From Nageia nagi (lineage: Eukaryota; Plantae; Pinophyta): a DNA stretch of 64,000 bases. A model generated the notes under the pieces. It did no database searches, was not told where the DNA came from, and was given only the letters and a program-made list of their open reading frames with translations. The stretch's first letter is position 1; each line of letters begins with the position of its first letter. The DNA is taken from NCBI GenBank assembly GCA_050084985.1, contig JBITNC010000001.1, positions 190,588,001-190,652,000 of the forward strand, read 5' to 3'. Shown in pieces: positions 54,141 through 64,000 of this stretch. A program made the position numbers and the translations under genes.

Positions 54141-57029
54141 AATGGCTAGGGTTAATTATATCATAATGAATTAAAGATAGTAGATCAACACCAAGCTAAG
54201 TCAAAGTCTTTGTGAGACACCACAGGATAGGAAAAGGATAGGAGAAAAATGATAAATACCAACATTTAAATCTCTTTTTTATTCAATATTTAAACTAAAA
54301 CCTAGCTTAAATGAATCACATTCAAAATATCAATAAATTTCTTGCAAAATGATGGGTGATATGGAAAAAATGCATGAATTTATACTAATTTGTTGTAACC
54401 CCTTTTTAAAAACCTAATTTTGCCAATTCCATGCTAGTAACAACATTCAAAACATGAAATTATCATACATTTCAATGTATGATATTCACAAATGGTAAAT
54501 ATAGTGATATTGGATGTTTAAATTATGCATTTGTAGTGAAATTTATTATGTTCCATTTTTCATGATTATTTATACTAAAGACATGCCATTAGCAGCATGG
54601 TTTATATAAAATTGGCAAGCGATTCAAGTGCTAGATTGTGATTCTATTTTTGTTGGCTCAATATAAATGCATATAATAGAAGTTACATGATGAAAAATAT
54701 GAAATTTTAAATTGTCAAACCTTGTCAAAGTAAAGGCATGTGCAAAATTTTGATTTTTGTGGGCACATTTTTGAAATATTGAATATCTGAATTGCAATTT
54801 CTTAGTAGCAATTGAATATGCTCTTTTTTTAATGTTCAATTATTTCATTTTAAGATTGTTAACAATATGATTAATGAAAAAGTATGGATTCTTTCAAATA
54901 TCAATAATGTTATCATGGCTTTAATAGTTCAAAATGGCTAATATTATGCTTATATGACCTATGCAGAGACCAAAGGCATATAGGATCAAAATGGGTCAAA
55001 TTAATGCTTATGCAAAAAAATTTATGTTATGATAAAATTTATTTTCATGATTTTTATGATGCAAAATGTGATTACTTGTTATTAATTGATTGTGATTCAA
55101 GTTTGCAAACCTGATATTACTATTTTCACATTGTTAAAAACATGTCTATTATAAATTCATTGCAAATTATGAATGCTACAAGCCCTTCAATATTTATTTG
55201 AAAATACCATTATTTTACAAATATTCACTACAATAGGAATACAAAATAAAATTACAAAATACATGATTATGAATTCTATGAAAATAATGTTGTCAATGGT
55301 GTAATTTTACATTAAAAACCAGTAAAGTTAATCAATGTAATGATATCAAATGTGCTAAATTGATAAGTAAGGCCGATGTATATTTGAACATTAGGTAGTT
55401 TTTTATGGAAGCTAAATAGTGTTGTCTCAATGATAGATAAAAATTCAATGTTATGCTAACAAATATTTTTAATTCCATGATCACTCCATGAGCAAAATCT
55501 CTCACAAATTACAACTGATTCCAAGCTTTGGGCATCAAAGGACCTCATCAATTTGATAATCATGGTTCAATAGAACTATATGTCTCAATGACCATAATCA
55601 CATAATGGATATTATATTTATTTCATCCTTGCTCTATAAATTGATTATTCTTTTATTGAATATGATCTATGCAGGTATTATGTTGGATTATTCTCAAAAA
55701 TGTATTATCCAGGAGAGTAGAACCCAAATAGAGGTACTCTTCTCATACACTAATCCTAATTTTTAGATTGATTACCTAAAGAAGCAAGAGTGAAGGAAAA
55801 TATGATATCAAAAGGGGGTGGAAGACATATCATACTCAGCATATCAATCAAAAAAGGGAAGTCCACTTTACTATTGAAAATTTTTTTCTCTTCTATAAAC
55901 TTGTTTGGATTGTGCAATTTCAATGCTTTTTATTTCATATCCAAAGAGGAGGAAAATATATATGCTTAACAATAATTTATTATTTATTTAATAAATCATA
56001 TTTAAAATTCCTAAATGACTTATTGCAATATTACAAATATTAAGATAAAGTTGATATTACAATATGCTAGGGCCAATGCAATTTCATATGCTATGGTTCA
56101 TATTTCAATTTATCTTGAATACAATAAAGTTTTATATTATTTCTATAGGTCAGCATTCAATCCTCTCTATGTCTTTGTAGGCTATATATGCAAGTGTAAT
56201 AGGCTAATCTCCATAAATCAAAACTCTTTGATATGACAAGATATTCGATAGGTAGTTATCTCCTATAATATTCATCAAGAAATGGTGTCTTTGGATGCCA
56301 CCTATTATGAGAAATTGTTATACTCTAAGATCTAAAACTTTCTATCTTTTATGTACTCCATAATTTTTCATATTCAATGCTATTAATTGCATGCATCTTG
56401 AGGGTTGAGAGTTTCAAATTTTGGTGGTAGAAGCTATTGATTCATGCATACAAATATCCATTACAAGATCACCTCCAATTTGATCCTAATCCTCCAAAGA
56501 TCCATTATCATTTGCTTTTGAGGATTGCACATACACTTCATATCAGGTGCATGCTTTTCATGTATATTTGTTGTATTTGATATAGTGTACATACCTAGCT
56601 CTTTTTATATTATAGATCATTTTATTTATTATGTATATTTATATTTTATTCAATTTAGGGTCTACACCATGCCTTGTAAATATGGATGTTTGTATTCTTT
56701 AGAGTGAGTTGTCCAAATCCTATGGAGGCCACTTTTGAGCTACAATTGACACAAAATAGGTACATGATAAGTTTGTAGCCATTTGAATTAATATTATTTG
56801 GGTCAAGAGCATAAAGAAGCTAGGTCTAATCATATTACAAATAATTTATTTTTAAGTACTTTAACTAGTGTTTTTATTTATTATAATGATATTAAATTAA
56901 TTATTTAATCAATTTATAGTATTAACAAATTAATGAACCCATATTTTTATATCGCAACTCTTTTTCCACTAGTTATGCCAAAAACCCTAGGGTTTTTAGA
57001 TAGTACTTTTTATAATTTAAGTGTTTTGA

Positions 57030-58860
57030 AAATGGATCCCAAGGAACAAGAAATATTTGGAAGATTTAAAAGCATTTTTAAAAGGAAAAAGTGGTCAAGA
57101 AGGTCTTAGTAAAGGAAATGAGGCTTCTACTCCTTGGGAAGTCTTCTAAAAGCAAGCAAAATATCTTAAGAGTCACATCAAGGAAAATAAGTCACCAATA
57201 CCTATTAAGGATTCAAGCCCTCTTTTTTCTATGTTCCATAATATCATATCCCTAGACCATAAAAATGAGCCATCTTTTGAGATGTAATATGGTGAAGGAG
57301 ATCCTATGCAACAAGTAAGATCATTCAAAATGAAGTTTGAACTAAAGTTTGGAGTGAATCATAATTGAATGGTCAAATATTTCCTTACTACATTGAAAGG
57401 ATATATATTAATATTGTACTTATTACTTCCTTAAGTATATATCACTTCTTATGAGTAGTTTATTATTATATTTCAAAATAAATTTAAGCATAATACCACT
57501 AGTCATGTTACAATTCAAAAATTGTATGCCACAAAGCAAGGGCCTAATGAAAGATCGGATAAGTTCATATTAAGATTCCAAAAGGTTTGGAGAAAAAAGT
57601 AATAAAGGTATGCATTTTTCATGTTTATGTATAATATTATATTCCTACCCTACTTCGAGAAGTGGTTGACTATATGGATCTTCCTTTTATGGATATAACA
57701 TACAAGTTTATTTGGTAAGTAAAAGTATTAGTGGATATTGGAAATCTAAAGTATGGAGTTACTCAAAAATATGGAAAGAAGAATTATCCAAGGAAAGAAA
57801 AAAATCAATTCAATGAAATTAAAAAGCTAAAATAAAATAATAAGCCAATTCAATTATCTACAAAACTATAATATATTAAAGTTATAGATGGCCCCCTATG
57901 TCATGTATAGAGATTGTGTAGAAAAAGTATTGATTCATATAGCACCTACAAAGAAATTATGAGAGCATGATCCTGATTCAAATTGGTATAATCCTCAATC
58001 TTATATTTTCTACCTTTAAGTTAAGGATCATAAGACCAATGCTTTTTCTATTTTGAGGAAAGAGTTTTGTAAGTTATTGGATGAAAAAAAGGTGACATGT
58101 GTAGTGGAAGAAGTAGATCACTTAGAACTAATACATGGGCATGCTAATTTATTTTTTTACAAAATATCTATGATTTAGAGCTTGGTGAGGAATATATAAA
58201 GCACAAATCCATGTGGATACATGTCAAATATAAGATTTATCAAAGGACCCTTGAGTTTAACATCAAAGATCATATCTATAATACTCTTACAAAAATAGGT
58301 TTTCTTGAGCTTTTTCAATAACCTAATGTGTATAAATATGCATTAATGTATAATTTATTAAAAAATTAGATATATTTAAATGCATTCATTATTATATTTT
58401 CAGAATTACTAGAATCTAGTGCAAGTAAACATGGTTGGTTTTGAATATGAACATATTCCTAGTAAGGATGTGATAGAAAAGTACTTATCATTATACACTA
58501 AGATAAAAATGTTTATAAAGCCACTTAAGAGAGTGATAGTAGCTATCGATTCAAATACTAACATATTCTCATTAGATTTGTTGCAAAATTTTCATTAAGC
58601 ATTGAGTTAAATTTAAGAAAACTAGAAACAATATTAAAGGGTTGAATACCATTCAACAATAATGTTTGGGTGTAGTTACTTTACCAATTTAAAGTGGGCC
58701 TAAAATAATAAACATAAAATTCTATGTGTTTCAAGATATTTTGGAATAAAATTTATTGCTATGAAGCACTTATTTATATTATATGAGAGTAGTCTCATCC
58801 ACTTTACATAGATGTTTGAGATTTGAGCATGAAAGGAAAATTATAACTATCAAAAAAAGA
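57030..58860 (+). pseudogene. Tat-like gag plus protease remnant
   Basis: YGEGDPMQQVRSFKMKFELKFGVNHN*MVKYFLTTLKG; VIVAIDSNTNIFS; NLLL*STYLYYMRVVSSTLHRCLRFEHERKIITI (the Tat/Ogre-type LLGRPW..M.AV.ST.HQCLKF motif). Confidence 0.82.
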
Positions 58861-59502
58861 TGTGAAAATATTTGAATTGGTAAACATGGTAGAAGATAAT
58901 AGGATTACTATTATTGAAATAATAGAAGAATAAGAAGAAACAAAAATATCAAATTCAATTACTTAGGTTAATATGGAAACATACAAATTTAAGAACATCA
59001 ATATCTTGAAAGGATCCAAAAATTTAGATAAACCTATGTTGGAGGTTGTATGTTATGGAACTATAAAGCACTAGAATGCAAAATAATCTAAGAAAAAATA
59101 TTTCCTATAAGGTGTGAATGTTATATTTCAATATCTAAAGATAAAGTAAGGTCATGTTCTTGATCTTGAGAAATAAAAAGGGCTTGAGCTAGAAGTATCA
59201 AAAATTGAAGCAAAAAAAGATAAAGTGAGTTTATATATGTCTATGGTAATATGAATATTGATTTTTTGATTAGTTATTTCAAGAAACATGATTATAAGGA
59301 AAAAAATTTAGAAAAATATGAGAAAGGAATGCAATATTTTCCTACATATTTGGGATAAGTAAAAAGAACAATAATCCTTAGGTATGAAGAATCCAAATCT
59401 TATCAAGATTAGGAAGCAATTGTCAAAGATGATGAATCTTATTTGATGACATTTTTGGTTTAATTTGTATGATTTAATTATTAGATGATTTATGTTGGTT
59501 TT

Positions 59503-60585
59503 TGTTGAAAATTATAATGTAATATTATTTAATATTTCTTTTTAATGTAAATTCACTTAATGCTTAAAGTATATTTAGATACCTTAAATCATTAAGAGAA
59601 TAAATATAAAAACACATTTATCTTAGGTAAAATTAAGGTCAAAGAGTGGATTTATTTTTATCAATATAGAGGTACCCTTCTCATTATGTAACTAGATGAA
59701 AAATGGTAATGCTTATCTTGTAGAGATGCTCTTGTAGGAGCTTTGTAGAGGAATTATTGAGAATTTGTAAGAGAGTTATCTTATGAGAAGTAATAGAATA
59801 ATGGTTCAAAATGGATGTACTCTCAAGATATGGAGGAACCACTATACATGATTTTTTATTTTTTTATTTATTTTAGATCATTATTTTATATTTGTTGAGG
59901 GTATATGAAAGTCTTATCACATCATAATGTTTCATAATTTAATTTTCTCATGGATGATAACTTCACTAAATAAATAGTTATGTGACCATGTTATCTTAAG
60001 CATGTCACAAATGATCAATACCATCTTAACTAAACCACTAAGTCAATATTTTCAAATGCATAACCACCTTACTAAATTAATATTTATAAGCCATAAATGC
60101 CAACTTGACCAAACACAAAGCCAAGATTTATAAAACAAACCATAAACCAAGATCACCTTGAATATTCTTTGAAAAATATAACATTTATATTTCTATCAAA
60201 GAAATAATCAATCACATAAAAAAAACACATCATGTATAATGGTTTCTCCATCTCTTGAGAGTACATCCACTTTGAATCATCATTCTATTACTTCTCACAA
60301 GATAACTCTCCTACAAATTTTTAAAAATTCTTCTACAAATATCCTACAAGAGCATCTCTACAAGATAAGTATTACTATGCTTCATCAAGTTACATAATGA
60401 GAGGGATACCCCTCTATTTATAAGAAAAAATCCACCCTTTAACCTTATTTTTACCTAAGGGTATGGTTAAAAGTGTTTATATATTTATTCTCTTAATAAT
60501 TTAAGGTATCTAAAGATACATTAATAATTAAGCGAATTTACATTAAAGAGAAATATTACATAATATTACATTACAATTTTTAACA
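59503..60585. repeat. Long inverted repeat formed by two opposed LTR segments
   Basis: 59503-59852 is the diverged reverse complement of 60229-60585. Both start TGTT(g/a)AAAATT. Confidence 0.9.
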
Positions 60586-63000
60586 CTCTCCCTTAATTCA
60601 ATATTGGGTAAAGAATCAAAAAGATAATGAGAAATATTAAAAGAGAGTTCTCCTCCATAGAGATACAAGTGGAGTTGAGAATGTTTTATATCTTTGGGAA
60701 AGTACTAGAATATAGATGGTTCTACAATGGTTCAACTACTTAACCATTTTAATAAATAGTTTTACAATATAATTATTAATCAAAAAATGATTTATTTATA
60801 TAAAATTATTCATTTAACAACATGTTGATATGATGAACTTCCATTAGCTTGCATACCTGAAGTAACCCGTAATATTAAGAAGAACCTACAGTTATAAGAA
60901 ACTCATAAATAAGATCAATTAGATACATCATATACACTCATATAAGATATATGTCATCTATAAACTAATCAAAAATACCAAGTCATCACATATGTACAAC
61001 ATCAAATATGATATACATCATCAACTATATGTCACATTTGCATACTAAAAATATATCAACCATAATATGATATCAACAATATCATATGTGCATAATAATA
61101 TTGTATGCATAATCAATCAAGTGATATAAATGCATTCTCAACCAAGAATATAAAAAATATCATCAATATTTATTAAAAAAATGCATTTTTGATCTTTGTA
61201 TTATTTTTTTATATTATTATTTTATATTTGTCGAGGGTATATGAAAGTGTCATCACATCATAATGTTTCATAATTTAATTCTTCCTCTTAATGATAACTT
61301 CACCAAACAAATACTTATGTGATCATGTTATCTTAACCATGTCATAAATAATAAAATACCATCTTGACTAAAACACTAAGTCAAGATTTTCAAAGGTATA
61401 ACTATTTGACTAAATCAAGATTTATAAGCCACAAATTCTAACTTTACCAAACACAAAGTCAATATTTACAAAACAAAGCATAAGCCATAAATGCCAACTT
61501 GACCAAAGTCAAAGCCAAGATTTACAAAACAAAATGTAAGCCACATACATAAGTTCTTATCTATCTACAAACATGTTGATTTGAAGGTTTAAGTTCTCTT
61601 TCAATAATTTATAGCATATATGAAGAATAAACCATAAAATACCATCTTAACTATCATATTAAGATGCACAAGCTACAAAATACCAACTTGACTATGCTAC
61701 TAATCAAGGTGCATATAATAAAATTTGGTAGTATTAATCCATAAACATAGATTCAAATTTTAGCAAACAATTGTAATTTTAGAGAAATAAAAACCTTTTT
61801 AACCACTCCAACAATGTGCAATCATGGAGAAGGTCAAACCTTTTTAACCACTCTAATAATATAGTCATGAAGAAGGGTGAACTTTTTTAACTACTCTATC
61901 TACTACAACTTGCTAACAAATAGCAATATGGTAATCAATCCATCATTATGGATAAAATTTTTAAAACAAGTATAATGGCATTAAACCATAAACATGGATA
62001 AACTTCCTAACAATGGAAGTATAGTGGCATGAATCCATAAACATGGGTATTCTTCTAAAATATGAAAGTATAAAGATATTAATCTATGAACATTTCCAAA
62101 CATGGAAGTATGCTTAGATTTTATACTTCCCCTTAAGAGTAACTTTTATTAAAAAAAAATATGTTGCAACTACTAATCTCTACAAACATAGAAAAGAATG
62201 TACACTTCCTAAAGGTACTTGTACACTTTCATTTTAAAGCAAAGATTTTTCTTATGCAAAAATAATCAATAATGAATTATCCTTAATAAATCTTGTGGAT
62301 AAAGTTTTAAAACTTTTCACTCCAACAAGTATATTATCTAATATGCACAAAAATTTTGAGGATTAATGCATAATAATTTCAATGTTGAGAAAGTTTACAA
62401 ATTTTACCCCAACAAGAATTTGTGCTCAACCAAAAAAAATTTCATACAAAGTAGGATCAATGTGTATAAATAATAATATATGCATAACCAAAAAGTTTTC
62501 ATCCAATATAGGATTAAAAAAATATGAGGATTGTATGAAGAAAATTTGCATAAACTTTTACTTCAAATAATATGCATATAAGAAATGTCTATATTAACCA
62601 TTAATTTTATAATCCAATACATATTAAGCATACTAATACTTTTGTAATATAAATTAATGTAACCAATAAGAATAGTGCATATCAAAATTTGAAAAAAAAA
62701 ATTACTTAAATTTTCATATTATGCACATCTAAGCATTATATTTTCATCTAACCAAGAAGATTAATTATGTCCATTAATTAACCATCCAAGCATAATAGCA
62801 ATATAATGTGCATAACCAAGTATAACAAGCATAAATTTTATAACATAATGTAACTGCCCTTTCCATAAATTAACATAAGAAAAAAATTGCATTAAAAGAA
62901 GTGTGCAATTAAAGTGGTTTGCAAGGTATTGGACATTATATAAAAAAATAATTATTACCTTGAAAAATTTATCTTACTTGATAAATTAGTCTAGTTTTGC
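60170..63000 (-). mobile_element. Copia-type LTR element 3' part (LTR, PPT and non-coding internal region)
   Basis: Minus strand ttaagggagag|TGTTAAAA at 60585 is a Copia-style PPT-LTR junction. Internal short tandem arrays occur at 61350-61540, 61790-61900 and 61965-62110. I recognise no coding domain, and the right boundary is uncertain. Confidence 0.5.
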
Positions 63001-63838
63001 CTTGAAAGTTTGTTATACTTGCAATAATTTTCATTTAAGTAAATAAATTTTGCAATGGATATTTTTGGATAAAGATGAACCTATTCCATGGATGTTTTTT
63101 AGAATGATGATTCTTTACTTGATTATATTATAGATAAAACTAAATTTCCAAAATTAAGTGAGAAAAGAGGAGCCTAGTTTCCATTACATACTCATGCATA
63201 TTTTGGAGCTAAATCAAGAACCTTAGAGGATATAGCAAGTTTTCCTTGCTACCTTAAATTACTCTTATTTCATTTTCTATAGTAGTAGGTTTATGTAGTT
63301 AGGTATGGGGAATAGGTTGTTATTTTTTTATGCTCCTTTTGGTATATTCACTAGACCAAATAAGTCTTTTGAGAGTAATTTTAAACTATCACCTAATATA
63401 TTTACCAATGGTTATCTACCAGTCACCTATGAGGTCACCACCAAAAGTTCCCTCTCTAAGGTGGTGACTAATATCCATAAATATATAGTATCTAAAACCA
63501 CCACCTAATATCAAAAAGAGGTAGTTATAAACTATCTCTTTAGTAACTAGTTTAAGCAGCCTAAACTGCTACTCAACTCATCTCATTATTCTTTAAAGTG
63601 GAAGTTTAAGTCAATGCTCGCTTTATACATTTATGAAATAATTTAAAACCATAGCATATTAATCATATTTAAAAAAAAAGAGGCATATCATGGAAGCATT
63701 ATTCCAAATGTAAGAATGCTTCCAAGCTATACCTTCTTCAGTTTCCCGAGCACCCAAGCTCAATCATAGTGAGCCCAATTATGATGTTGGCCATGGGCTC
63801 CCAAAGGATGGCCCAATAGAACTAATTAATCATAGCTA

Positions 63839-63843
<5 letters not shown>

Positions 63844-63887
<44 letters not shown>
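63844..63887. repeat. (TG)22 microsatellite
   Basis: Directly visible. Confidence 0.98.
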
Positions 63888-63888
<1 letters not shown>

Positions 63889-63929
63889 AAATGATGAATT
63901 ATAAAGGCATGTTCATGATCAAGTGTACC

Positions 63930-64000
63930 ATATGATATAAAATTATTCAAATGCACCAAAATATGATATAAAATGATCCAAATGCACTAACATTTGATAT
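63930..64000. repeat. 31-bp tandem repeat, runs off the window end
   Basis: atatgatataaaat.at.caaatgcac.aa. repeated about 2.3 times. Confidence 0.75.

Larger units (their letters stand above)
47676..56666 (+). mobile_element. Full-length non-autonomous Gypsy LTR retrotransposon (gag plus antisense PMD gene, no pol)
   Basis: LTRs at 47676-48384 (709 bp) and 55957-56666 (710 bp) with TGTAGA...TCTACA ends. Perfect TSD ccatg (47671-47675, 56667-56671). PPT aaagaggaggaaaa at 55943-55956, and tttTGG after the 5' LTR. Confidence 0.95.
47215..59440 (+). mobile_element. Outer Tat-like Gypsy element, split by the nested element 47676-56666; 3' truncated
   Basis: LTR-like start ~47215 homologous to the LTR at 1-630. 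It resumes after the TSD at 56672, with gag and protease remnants at 57030-58860. Confidence 0.7.

Noticed and set aside
56015-56707. ORFs 56015-56236 and 56525-56707 (and 48110-48333)
   Set aside because: They lie within LTRs and are not conserved as ORFs between the two LTR copies.

Overview
This is eukaryotic, very AT-rich, CpG-depleted plant DNA. The TE families and decay pattern look gymnosperm-like, but the species cannot be determined from the sequence. The window is almost entirely old, nested transposable elements. Three LTR retrotransposons have two resolvable LTRs, and none has a recognisable RT or integrase: 9105-15319 (gag plus protease only, TR-GAG-like), 36534-42213 (minus strand, ~1.9 kb LTRs), and 47676-56666 (perfect CCATG TSD, gag plus an antisense, intron-containing Plant Mobile Domain gene). 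Other elements are several Tat-like gag remnants, a fragmented Tekay-type chromovirus gag-pol, an L1 ORF1 remnant, a 960-bp non-autonomous CACTA element, a tRNA-derived SINE with a 20-bp TSD, an inverted pair of Copia-type LTR segments, tandem arrays and microsatellites. The only host-gene sequence I recognise is one exon (45489-45650) encoding the C-terminal half of a TOM1-like (TOL) GAT domain, which the ORF track misses. I found no upstream exon, so either much of the window is a giant intron or the exon is an orphan. Translations and identities were read by eye, and internal domain boundaries are approximate.
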